DNA of 64,000 nt, from positions 310,001 to 374,000 of the forward strand of contig MU053418.1 of assembly GCA_013239625.1 (NCBI GenBank), read 5' to 3'. The position numbers and the translations under genes were made by a program. Below the pieces are notes generated by a model. The model was not told the origin of the DNA. It made no database searches and was given only the letters and a program-made list of their open reading frames with translations. The DNA is from Lama guanicoe (lineage: Eukaryota). Of the stretch, positions 38,901 to 48,779 are shown piece after piece (position 1 is the first letter of the stretch; each line of letters starts with the position of its first letter).

Positions 38901-41900
38901 TACAAATGAAATATTCCCATCTTTTCTGTCTCCTTTGGTTCTTTGGCTCTTCTTTATATGAAAATGTTTTGATATCCTTGTAAATGTCCCCTCCCAGAGT
39001 TTTGCCTTGGTTATTTCTTTCAAGGGTAGGATCCATGACTAAACTTAGGGCTCCAAAAACAATGAATGAGCTCTTCTTATGGGCTAGGCAGTTTTGGATA
39101 TTACTGTTACTCTAAATGCTGTGTTTTATGTAATCCAAGATTTTCCTTAGGTGTGTCACATGGTTGTGCTGTTTTGATCTTACTGTTGAGGCTTTCATAT
39201 GTGCTGTTTTCTCATGCCATGGCTTCTTAAGTCACTCTTTGAACTGTCGGTTTGGGGACTCACATGCAGGGCCATACATGCCACCTCTGTGTGCATCTCT
39301 GCTACAGAGTGTCCATCACATATACCGGAAAAATAGCTTTTGCCTAAATGGGATTTTGAAGTAAAGTATGGAAAAGTAGATTGGGTCCATTTACTTAACA
39401 GAAACAGGTGATGGAATGCCAACAATTTAACAAGAAAAAGAAGCCTGTGTAAGTGCAGGATTCTTCCGGGGTGTGTAGAAATAAGAGCAGTAAAAATGAA
39501 GTCTGAGATGCAGAACACGCAGTCCACCTGGTGCTGGGTGGCGCTGAAGTGTCATGTGCAGACCTCACTTACAGGTGTCATTTGGGTGTTCTTTTCCCAG
39601 AGGAGCTCTATGGCGACTTTGAAGACCTGGAAACAGGGGACGTGCACAAGGGAAAATCAGGCCCGGATACCCAGGTATGACTTGGCCATGGCCAGCCGTC
39701 AGCCACTGGTCCTTGATCTTTGGTCAGAATGATCTGCAACAGGCTCATGTTGAGAAACATAGATCTTACTTGTTATCTGTAGATTACGATTGGATGGATT
39801 TCTTCCTAATAATAAGGAGGGTGGGAAAAGATCAAAAGTTCTTGGCTTATTTGTTATTCTTGATCTTTTGAGTAATGCTTGCTACCTCTTCTTGTTGTGA
39901 TTCTTCAATCATTGACAGTTTTAGCTCCTGGGTCACTGTCTTCCTCTCCACTATTCCTTTTGCCATCATTCTACTCTTCTTAAATTTAAATGCCATTTAG
40001 AAAAAACTGATTCCCTGTTCTAATATTTCTTTAGAACAGTATCTGGAAGCATCTGGGTTGGGGGCACTTGCTGTTATTTTTATTCATGTTTGGCATTCCC
40101 AGCCGTATTAAGGAATGGCAGATTAATTGTAGTGCAGATGTCTAAATGTCTCTTGTTGCAATACATGTTATTTAGATCCCAAGGTTGCATTTTATTTTGT
40201 TTGTTTTATTTTCATGAAGATCATAACTAAGATTTTTGCAGCTCAAATAGAACTTCTAAAATCTGCCTTAATGTTTAAAGAAAAGGTCTCCACAAATTTT
40301 TACGAAATTTTCTCTTCTGGAAATTTAAGACTGATGACACAGAGGAAGAAGTTAAAGAAGAAATTGACCCCAGCGCAGAGGAAAGTGCCAAGAAAAAGCA
40401 TTTGGATAAAAAGAGAAAATTGAAAGAGATGTTTGATGCAGAATATGATGAAGGAGAAAGCACATACTTCGATGATCTTAAAGGAGAAATGCAGAAACAA
40501 GCACAGGTGAGAAAACTCAGTTTCTGTCAGCCTCACTTCAGGGCTGTAATCGTGGTGCGGATACGTAGCTTTGTTTAGGTCTCTGCTGGGCCTCTTGTTT
40601 GGACTCCTAGGTTGAGATGCAGATGAGTGCGTTTATTCACGCAGTCATCTAATTGTTTCTCCAGTTAGACGTTCATCAGAAAAATATCTGTCTATTTTGT
40701 ATGAAGCGTTAAGTGTTGAGGAAGCACAAGTAGCTGAGACATAGCCACCATTTTTGAGGATCTCACAGTGTAGTGATTTGAGGCAGTGTGTTTGTTTCCT
40801 TGCAAGCATTGCCTTAGTTTTCTGCCTACTGCTCCCTGGAAAAACATAAGAAAATCGTGAATGGGTATGTGAGTCTTGGCCTGTGTGACTTCTGTATACA
40901 CCAGGGCTCTTTGGGGAAGGTTTTCTGAAAAATTCAGCTTGGTCAGAGTTATTGGGTGATGAAAGGAGAAAAGGTGTGAAATAATTGGAGAGTAAGAAAA
41001 GTTTAGATGGGGAAGTTGAACACTGTTTGCCAGCCAGCATTAAGGGCTGCTTTCAGAGTTGTTTATATTCGCTATACTATACCTTGAAGCAACAGAGAAA
41101 ACAGTTGGGACATATCCTGAACAAATTATGAAGATAAAAGATAAAAGATTTAATTAGAGTGAAGCCTAAATAATTCTGTACTTGGTTCTGTTATTTGGAA
41201 ATTGCTCATTTTTTTAAATGTTAATCTTACATTTATTAAAGATAATAGCATGATGGGTTTTTCATTGTTTTTTCCCCTCTCATATGTAGCTTAACCGGGC
41301 AGAATTCGAAGATCAAGATGACGAAGCCAGAGTTCAGTATGAAGGTTTTCGACCTGGGATGTATGTCCGAATTGAGATAGAGAATGTCCCCTGTGAATTC
41401 GTGCTTAACTTTGACCCCCATTACCCAATTATTTTGGGTGGTTTGGGCAATAGTGAGGGCAATATTGGATATGTACAGGTAGGTGTTCTCTACTGCATGC
41501 TTAACAATTGAGGTTCTTTGGACATACTGGCACCAGAAATCTTATTGAAAAATCTTTTCTTCCCTCAGATGCGTCTGAAGAAACATCGTTGGTATAAGAA
41601 AATCCTCAAATCTCGAGATCCAATCATTTTTTCTGTAGGCTGGAGGAGGTTTCAGACCATACCACTTTATTATATTGAAGACCACAATGGAAGACAAAGG
41701 CTTCTAAAATATACCCCACAGCACATGCATTGTGGAGCAACCTTTTGGGGTAAAAAGGGATTAGAATCAACTTGTGTGTAGGTTCATTTAAACCTTTTAG
41801 ACTTTATCATTATAGTTTTGTTTTTCTCCTTTCATAAATCCCAATTCATAAGATTTTTCTCTTTCTTTGGATTGGAATATATATATAAAACAGAATCCAA

Positions 41901-44900
41901 AATTGTGATTCACTGTATTTCTTTTTTTTTTTTTTTCTGTTTTCTTTAAGGTCCTATCACTCCACAGGGTACTGGGTTCTTGGCAATACAGTCTGTCAGT
42001 GGCATGATGGTAACTATCCTGGATGTTTTATTTTACAGATTGTGTTTGAGAAGTATGTCTTGAATATGCAATGTGTACCTGAAACTTTAAGTTGAAAATT
42101 ACTCATTTTAGTAGTTATAGTATACTTCTCTTTGCTCTGAATTTTCCTATATTTTTGAAAGTAAGGTGTGGGGATGGAGAAGAGGGAAGTCGAAGAATCA
42201 TAATGATACTGGTGACATTTTATGTTTTTATGATTTTATAGACATATTTTTCTAAAAATGTTTAAGCAGTGCTTACTATGATCTAAGCACTCTACTAGAT
42301 TCTGGGATGCATGGGATACCATACCTTATGCTTGACATAAGACTACACCCTATTAATGCTGGTTTAGCAAATTATGTTCACACAACCTTCATTTGACCAA
42401 CCAGAGCAAGTTTTATTGGCCGATTTAACAGAAAAGAAAACAGATAAGGAGCAAATGGAATCCGCAGTGAATGTCCAAAATATAATTTCTCAAACATTGT
42501 AACCAAATTTTCATATCCTTTCATTCATTCATCATTGTGAAACTGTGTTACCATGAAATCACACTCAGGAAAATACTCAAGATATCATTAGTTTTGGCTT
42601 ATGTGTATTATAGTTTCAGATAGGTTTTATTAAAATACTGTTTTTCGTGTTCAGATATTCTTGTTTTTTCTTAGGTGATTGTAAATGATGTGCTGTTTGG
42701 TAATTTATTGCATCACAGAGAAATGTAGTTTTTTTCTTGTTGATATTATTCCTGTATTCAAATTTTGGGGATTTCTTTTTAGCCTGATTTCCGGATAGCT
42801 GCCACAGGAGTTGTTCTTGATCTGGATAAATCTATAAAAATTGTGAAGAAATTAAAGCTAACTGGTTTTCCATATAAAATTTTCAAGAACACTTCATTCA
42901 TTAAGGTCTGTATATCTGTATATTCACATATTTATAAATGTATATATTGTTAAAGGAGGAGTGAAATACTTCTAATGTAGGTCTAAAATATAGGTCTGAT
43001 GTTTTCAGAAAAGTATTTGAAATCTTTAATAAATTTGGTCTTTGATATTTTTAGTTTACTTTTTTATATTGGTCTCTGTTACTTAAATATGCTTGGAAGT
43101 CTTAAGATGAAGTAAGATAGAGATATTATATATTGAGGCTATTACTTCCATATGAGACTATGACAGAGCTAATATTGAAAGTATGTTATTTTATTCACTG
43201 GATTTTGTCTCCTACCTTTTTGGTTTGTGTTAAGAGGGGAAAAAATCAGGTTTGTCAAACAGATCAGTAGAAAAATAAGACAAAGCAGTTCACAAAGTAC
43301 TTGTTGACAGGGTACAGAGAAATGGACACGCTGTTATGCAGTATAACATGGGAGGGTAGTTTGAGCAACATTTGTTGAAAATTTCATAGTGGAGAGTGTT
43401 TCTATTAAAAACACAGAGTTAAGATGATCATAAAATGTTCCTGTAACACAAGGTGATACTGTCATCAGCGTTTATCTGACTGTGTTGGTTTTCTGAGCAT
43501 GTGCACGTAAGTAATAGGATATGAGCTGTAGTCCAGCCCTGTGAGATGACAGCAAAGGCCATCTAGACCAGTTCAGTCCAGTAAATATCTTTTAGATCTT
43601 CTCTTTGACGAAGATAGCATTGAGCATGTTAATGAGCCCACAGTCTTGATCCATGTTATTTCAGGGAAAATAGAGTTGTATTTCTTTTGACGTAGTAATT
43701 CCACTTTTGGAGGAAAAATACATTTTGATTATTTTATCACCCTTCAATGAATTATATTTTGTTTTTTAACCAAGAGTATATTTATGAACTAAGAAGTAAA
43801 ATGCCTGACTTCATGTGTATGTCCTTTTTTTTTAAATGTGTACTTGTAGGGAATGTTTAATTCTGCCTTGGAAGTGGCCAAGTTTGAAGGCGCCGTGATT
43901 CGAACTGTCAGTGGAATAAGGGGACAGATCAAGAAGGCTCTCCGGACTCCAGAAGGAGCTTTCCGGGCCACCTTTGAAGATAAATTGCTGATGAGTGGTA
44001 AATACCCTTTGTGGTGTGTTCAAAACAGCGTGTTACCATTCACTGTTGATTTCTAGCCAGTGTGAATTATAGGTGGTGGTTTAGGTCTTTAGAAGCAGGA
44101 GGCAGCTGTAGCTGTCCCCAGTTGGAGCATCTTGTGCAGTGTGCCAAGTCACACTGCCTGGAGCCATGTGATTCACACCCAGTGACAGTTTTGTGCTATT
44201 CGAGAGTAGTTCACTTGTGAAGTTTCTTCAAATACCGTGCAACCAGCTAGAGGAGTCTGGAGTGAATATTTTGTTCTTTTGTTTAATGAGATAGATAAGA
44301 ATCTTCTTTTGAAAATGTTAATGTAAATTTCCTCTCTTTCCAGATATCGTCTTCATGAGAACTTGGTATCCTGTCTCCGTTCCAGCCTTCTATAACCCAG
44401 TCACATCTTTGTTGAAACCAATTGGTGAGAAAGATACCTGGTCAGGAATGCGGACAACTGGTCAACTCCGGCTCACCCATGGCATCAAACTGAAGCCCAA
44501 CAAGGATTCTCTGTATAAGGTACAGTTACACATGTACTCTGTAGATGGGTGTCATCCAGAGGCTTTGTGTGTAATGTTTTTTGTGGTTTGAATTTTTAAG
44601 TGGAAAGCCTTACACTGACTTTGAATGAACATCTTGTTCATTCATAAGAGTACTTTTGGAAGGAACACAGGACAAGTGGTAATAGTGGTTTTCTGTGGGT
44701 TGGAAAGGAGACAAACTCCTTTCACTGTATACAGCTCTTTTCAAGTATTTCTTTTCCCACCATATACATATATTGCTTTTTGAAAACATTAATGTGCTAA
44801 TTCTTTTTTTTTTTAATTGAAATATAGTTGATTTTACAGTGTTGTGTTAGCTTCTGGTGTACAGCATAGTAATTCATATGTATATATGTAATTGTGCTAA

Positions 44901-47630
44901 TTCTTTTTGAGGCAATGTGAGGGTTTTGTGGGGGAAATTTTAATAAACTTTTTATTGAAATGTTAACATACATACAGAAAAGTACACAAATCATAAGTGT
45001 GTACAGCTCCATGAATTTTAACACACCTAAGTTGCCATCGCCTGAATCAAGCAGAGAATTATCACGACAGCAGATGCCCCACTTGTGACCTCTCTCAGTC
45101 ACTACCGCACCTCCACCTCCACCTCAAAGAGAGCCACTTTCCCAACTCCTGACATGTAAATTCATTCCACCTGTTCTTGACTTTTATAAATTAGGGCATA
45201 TACCATTTTGCCTAGTTTCTTTCCTTCAGTATTACGAGATTCATCCATGTTCTTGTATACAGCAGGCATTTATTTGTTGTTACTGTTGAGTAGAATTTCA
45301 TTACATGAGTGACAGTTTATCCATTGATGGGCAGTATTTCTAATTTTGGACTATTATAAATGCTGCCTTGAACACTTGAATGCAGCTTGTTTGCTATGCA
45401 TGTGCACACATTTCTGCTGCATAGCTCCCCACGGGGGCGGGGGGGCGGGTTGCCAGGTTACAGGGAACGTGTGTTCAGCATCAGTGTGTGTATTCTGAAC
45501 TCATACCAGGTTAGACTCTAACAGCTGCTCAGAGTTCTCTTCTTCCATATCTTTTCCAGGGATTGGCCTCACCGGTATTTTTTAATTCTAAGTTCTCAGC
45601 ACCTGTCTGGATTTCCATTTTCATTCACATTTTGGTCTCTGAGAACTTTCAATATTTTGGTCACAGGTTAACAATGCATTTGAAAAGACTTGTTTGTGTT
45701 ATTGCAGGATGTTTAATTGTTTTGCAATAAGAGAGTAGTTCGGGGTATTGGTCTGCCATTCTGCTAGAAACAGAAGTTTTCCAGGCATTAGTTTTTCTAT
45801 AAAATAGTTAATAAAATTTGAATCATGTTGCCATGAATTTCTCTTAAAATACATTTTAGGATGGTCATACCTGTTGTCCAGTCTGTGGTTCTTACTCTTT
45901 TTCTGAGAAGATTTCTCTGGTTTCTTTCATTCTAAAGCATTTTGGTTTCTTAGAATATTGAATATTGTTGTGGGTGATGTCTTTAATAATAAATGTAAAG
46001 ACATAGGAAAATATTCTCTACAGAGTTGTCAATCTTGGTAAAGGCCTAGGGCAAAAGTTTCAACTTATTAACTATTTCTGAGGCAGTTAAAAATATTGGT
46101 CATTTCAATTTAAGCATAGAATTTGGTTAGCTTGAAAATTGAATGTAGAGAGAGTTTTGCCTTCCTTTGTTGTTTAAATCTCACTTTTCTCAACCAGCCT
46201 TCTAGTAGAAACAGAATAAAGTTAAACTTCTTAATGAGAATCAGAGATGTGGACACTTTGGCTGCTCATTGGAGGAAGAACTATGTCCTTAAATCCAGAG
46301 AGGTTGATAGTCAAGATGAAGAGCTAGATGATGATTATTAGGCTAGAAAAAAATATCTCAATGCCCCAAAGATGAAGCCTGAATTTTCCATTAAAAGAAA
46401 CTTTGGATCTTCTCATTTGCTCTGTTGAGACCCTGCTGTCCATAATGTAGAAATGGATACAGTTGGTTTCTTGGAAGAATTGTAAATACGTATGTTGTTT
46501 GTTTTGCCTGGAGCTGTGTGTGCCCATTGAGCCGACTTTTATTTGATGGATGATTGAGTCGCCATTTCTGATGGTCAGCAAACTCTGGTGTTACTGATCT
46601 TGTGGAAAAAGTCAATCCATTGAGAAGAGTTTATGCAAGTTTTAAATGCACATAGATCATAATTTAAATATGTCACAGTCTTTGTTTTATTTTTCTTTTT
46701 CAGCCAATCATGAGGCAAAAGAAACATTTTAATTCACTCCACATTCCGAAAGCCTTGCAGAAGGCCCTGCCTTTTAAGAACAAGCCCAAAACCCAAGGAA
46801 AGGCAGGCAAGATTCCGAAGGACAGACGGAGACCAGCCGTCATACGGGAGCCTCATGAAAGGAAGGTACTGTCGACCAGTGGCTTCCAGCACGTGGCATT
46901 TAGATGTGAAAATAATGCTTTTAGTAACACACTTGGCATTTCTACTGCATTCTTATTTTTCATCAGAAAAGGATAGGAGCCAGACTTATTCGAGGCACTT
47001 GATCTGGAAGTTAGAGGAAAGGGCAGAGTTCATTTCTCTTCTTTGGTTTAGTCATGCTCTGCCTTATGCATTTTAATGGAGAGTAACAGGCACACAGCTG
47101 GCAAATCACTCTGTCTTCTTTGTACGTCACATCCACAGAGTGATCAACAAAGGTGGTTTTGTGGTGAAGGCCACTATAAAAATACTTTGCTTAATAAATA
47201 TGCTTCTCCTTATATTCCAAGCAAGTTAAAATTTCCTAGTTCAAGATAAATTTTCACTAGGTTAATATTCATTTGGCTCATGAACTGACTCTAGTTTTGA
47301 TATGGTCAGCTGAGGTGTTTAGGCCTCCTGAAATTTAGAAGGAAAGCGCGCTGTAACCGGAGGAATATTCTGATGCTCACTGGATTGTATCCTTGATAGA
47401 TCCTTGCGTTGCTGGATGCTCTGAGTACAGTGCACAGTCAGAAGATGAAGAAAGCCAAGGAGCAACAGCATCTACAGAACAAAGAACACTTCAAAATGAA
47501 GCAGAAGGAGGAAGAGGAGAAACTGAAGCGACAGAAGGACCTCAGGAAGAAGGTCTTCCGAATTCAGGGTCAGAAAGAAAGAAGAAATCAGAAGTCCAGC
47601 CTGAAGGGGCCCAAGGAGCAGTCGAAGTGA
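15521..47630 (+). CDS. BMS1: BMS1 ribosome biogenesis factor (40S assembly GTPase), complete spliced CDS: 22 coding exons, 3864 nt, 1287 aa
   Basis: Starts [44 protein letters not shown]-loop GPPKVGKS; acidic middle region; [18 protein letters not shown]-terminal basic tail. All introns are GT-AG and cumulative phases stay in frame to TGA 47628-47630. Confidence 0.98.
16414..16604 (+). CDS. BMS1: BMS1 coding exon 2 (P-loop)
   Basis: tag|AACTCAG...TCAG|gtagga; [12 protein letters not shown]...GPPKVGKST; 191 nt. Confidence 0.97.
17574..17653 (+). CDS. BMS1: BMS1 coding exon 3
   Basis: cag|GTAAAAAG...CTG|gtaagt; [26 protein letters not shown]; 80 nt. Confidence 0.97.
17935..18110 (-). mobile_element. 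MIR SINE
   Basis: tgctaggcactgtgctaa...tttacgtatgatgaaatcgaggct...gttaagtaatttatctgagg. Confidence 0.65.
19060..19085. repeat. (TG)n microsatellite
   Basis: About 13 TG units seen directly. Confidence 0.95.
19933..20157. mobile_element. MER58A (hAT-Charlie) MITE
   Basis: caggagtaggcaaactttt...gatagtaaatattttacgctttgcgggtc...gggccagatttgacccgtgggcc. Confidence 0.85.
20204..20392 (+). CDS. BMS1: BMS1 coding exon 4
   Basis: tag|GTTCTG...CCG|gtagga; [20 protein letters not shown]...THLD...FWTEVYP; 189 nt. Confidence 0.97.
20923..21015. repeat. (CTG)4 followed by a long poly-T / T-rich tract
   Basis: Seen directly: tgctgctgctgc then about 38 T and further T runs. Confidence 0.9.
21139..21281 (+). 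CDS. BMS1: BMS1 coding exon 5
   Basis: tag|GGTGCC...GACAG|gtaaaa; [48 protein letters not shown]; 143 nt. Confidence 0.96.
21997..22118 (+). CDS. BMS1: BMS1 coding exon 6
   Basis: cag|GATGG...CCAG|gtatcc; [11 protein letters not shown]...YGYLRG...IHMP; 122 nt. Confidence 0.96.
22407..22600 (+). CDS. BMS1: BMS1 coding exon 7
   Basis: cag|GTGTAGG...GAATCG|gtgagg; [16 protein letters not shown]...[19 protein letters not shown]; 194 nt. Confidence 0.94.
23616..23755 (+). CDS. BMS1: BMS1 coding exon 8
   Basis: cag|GAGGAG...CAAGG|gtaagt; [47 protein letters not shown]; 140 nt. Confidence 0.95.
25543..26306 (+). CDS. BMS1: BMS1 coding exon 9 (large acidic exon)
   Basis: cag|GCTGTTG...TCAG|gtgtgt; [25 protein letters not shown]-rich; 764 nt. 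Confidence 0.96.
26522..26623 (+). CDS. BMS1: BMS1 coding exon 10
   Basis: cag|GTGCC...ACAG|gtaaaa; [33 protein letters not shown]; 102 nt. Confidence 0.96.
27528..27688 (+). CDS. BMS1: BMS1 coding exon 11
   Basis: tag|TGACAG...GAG|gtaagg; [11 protein letters not shown]...DSLDCSRF...DWDLEE; 161 nt. Confidence 0.96.
28330..31420 (-). mobile_element. Cluster of old L1 fragments (antisense to BMS1) with a nested MER3-like MITE at about 28780-29000
   Basis: L1 ORF2/3' motifs ttgcattcccacc, gtgcttattggccatttgtata, catgtggatatccagttgtcctagcaccatttgttgaa, gttgaatagaagtggtgagag; MER3 motif gtgatggaaatg...gagcactttaaatgtggcta. Confidence 0.8.
32304..32385 (+). CDS. BMS1: BMS1 coding exon 12
   Basis: aag|GTTATG...GATG|gtaagt; [27 protein letters not shown]; 82 nt. 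Confidence 0.96.
33180..38575 (-). mobile_element. Multiple nested L1 fragments (3' UTRs, ORF2 and ORF1/5' UTR pieces) filling the largest BMS1 intron
   Basis: Repeated L1 3' motifs (aaatggaatcatatagc, ttgatggacattt, ttccagtttttgggctattac), ORF1-type ttcactggatatagaatt...cagcacttgaaa, and an L1 5'-like end near 38570. Confidence 0.8.
35000..35131 (-). mobile_element. tRNA-derived SINE, camelid Vic-1 type
   Basis: ggaggtgctggggattgaacccaggacctcgtgcatgcttaagcacatgctctaccactgagctataccctccc; probable TSD aaatgccc at 34958 and 35139. Confidence 0.9.
39601..39674 (+). CDS. BMS1: BMS1 coding exon 13
   Basis: cag|AGGAGC...CAG|gtatga; [24 protein letters not shown]; 74 nt. Confidence 0.96.
40330..40506 (+). 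CDS. BMS1: BMS1 coding exon 14
   Basis: aag|ACTGAT...CAG|gtgaga; [33 protein letters not shown]; 177 nt. Confidence 0.94.
41290..41478 (+). CDS. BMS1: BMS1 coding exon 15
   Basis: tag|CTTAAC...CAG|gtaggt; [29 protein letters not shown]...GYVQ; 189 nt. Confidence 0.96.
41569..41749 (+). CDS. BMS1: BMS1 coding exon 16
   Basis: cag|ATGCGT...TGGG|gtaaaa; [30 protein letters not shown]...HCGATFW; 181 nt. Confidence 0.97.
41951..42009 (+). CDS. BMS1: BMS1 coding exon 17
   Basis: aag|GTCCT...ATG|gtaact; [19 protein letters not shown]; 59 nt. Confidence 0.95.
42783..42905 (+). CDS. BMS1: BMS1 coding exon 18
   Basis: tag|CCTGAT...AAG|gtctgt; [41 protein letters not shown]; 123 nt. Confidence 0.96.
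43850..43997 (+). CDS. BMS1: BMS1 coding exon 19
   Basis: tag|GGAATG...AGTG|gtaaat; [30 protein letters not shown]...FEDKLLMS; 148 nt. Confidence 0.97.
44344..44519 (+). CDS. BMS1: BMS1 coding exon 20
   Basis: cag|ATATC...AAG|gtacag; [23 protein letters not shown]...DSLYK; 176 nt. Confidence 0.97.
44809..44892 (-). mobile_element. Extremely 5'-truncated young L1 (84 bp) with a perfect 16-bp TSD
   Basis: tgtgctaattcttttt at 44793-44808 and 44893-44908; insert tttttaattgaaatatagttgattttacagtgttgtgttag...tgtacagcatagtaattc is an L1 3' end. Confidence 0.85.
44940..45500 (-). mobile_element. Old L1 3' UTR fragment
   Basis: tttattgaaatgttaacatacatacagaaaagtacacaaatcataagtgtgtacagctccatgaatttt...gagattcatccatgtt. 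Confidence 0.75.
46704..46865 (+). CDS. BMS1: BMS1 coding exon 21
   Basis: cag|CCAATC...AAG|gtactg; [29 protein letters not shown]...EPHERK; 162 nt. Confidence 0.97.
47400..47630 (+). CDS. BMS1: BMS1 coding exon 22 (last; stop TGA)
   Basis: tag|[28 protein letters not shown]...KGPKEQSK*; 231 nt. Confidence 0.96.
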   Translation: MLALLDALSTVHSQKMKKAKEQQHLQNKEHFKMKQKEEEEKLKRQKDLRKKVFRIQGQKERRNQKSSLKGPKEQSK

Positions 47631-47904
47631 GCTCCAGACAGACAGGCTAGTTTGAATCTGCACTGATGAATGGTTTCATATATTGTAGTACTTGTAAATA
47701 ACAAGTCAGGGGGTTGGAGCCTAAAAACGACCTCTTTGTTGGGTATAACGCCCAGACTGTGCCTTTGAGAGGAGAAATGGCAGGACGCCTGTTCATTCTC
47801 AACATCTAGGTTATGTCAACATAAAGCAATATAATTTATGGTTCTCTAGATCCTCTCACATTCCTCTTACCTGTCTTAGTTTAATCTTGTGCTACAAAAA
47901 TATC

Positions 47905-47910
47905 ATTAAA
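47905..47910 (+). terminator. BMS1: Probable BMS1 polyadenylation signal ATTAAA
   Basis: ATTAAA about 275 nt after the stop, followed by T/GT-rich sequence. Confidence 0.6.
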
Positions 47911-48599
47911 ATATTTTCTTGTTAATTTTGGCTTAGTAGTTTTCATTAGGGATGAATGCTTGATAATTGTTTATTCTGCCGCCTTCCTGATGAGTCTTCC
48001 AGAAGGGAAAAAATATTAATTTGAATCCTCAGCTTTAAGGTAAAATTTTAGAGAAAGATATATAGTTATTTTTGTTTTTTTTGTCTGTCATATGTTATAT
48101 TCTCTGATCATTGACCCTCATGGGCATTGGCCATCTTATTTCACATGTTTTGCATGACAGTGTAACAGCTAGAACAGTAAGCACTGTTTTAATGTTTTAG
48201 ACCGGGGATGACGTCTGTGGAGGCAGGAATGCTGCCTGAAGCTCAGGTCGATACACTGTCTGGGCCTAAAATGCACTCGTGATAGACATCAGCACCTACC
48301 TGGGAGTGGCTGGAATCATCTAGGAAGGGATCAAGATGAAATACAGCCAGGTCTTAGTCCAGCATTCTTTCCCATAGTTCAGTATCTTCATGTTCCTCAA
48401 AGAAGATCACTGAGTGCAACCCACATATGCCGACCAGCACCCGAGAAGCTCAAGTGATCCTGCTGAGATGTTCACTTGACTAAAAGCCGAGCAGGTCCAG
48501 CTAAGCAAGGCTGTGCACGGAAACCAAATATGTGACATGAACAGAGAGGGCAACTTGTCTTTCCCAATGCCTTAGACTACCACGCGCAGACTTGACTAC

Positions 48600-48770
48600 C
48601 CCGGTGCTAAGTGCAAGGAGGGTCTGGGCTCATTGTGGCGTAACTCTGGGCAAGCTCCTGAGCATCTTTTGAGGTTCAGCTTTCTTATCTGTAATACGGG
48701 GACTGATAGACCAGTCTTGCAGTTTGTGAGGATTTAATGAGGCTAAATGCAATGTGACTGGTACAGAACA
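48600..48770 (+). mobile_element. MIR SINE
   Basis: taactctgggcaag...tcagctttcttatctgtaatacgggg...tgtgaggatttaatgag. Confidence 0.6.
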
Positions 48771-48779
48771 GATTTTTAA

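Noticed and set aside
41479..41568. 90-nt intron (multiple of 3) as a possible in-frame retained intron
   Set aside because: Contains an in-frame TGA after ten codons
46327..46382. Possible intronic C/D snoRNA (ATGATGA ... CTGA)
   Set aside because: No terminal stem or recognisable rRNA guide, and too far from the acceptor; the motifs are short enough to be chance
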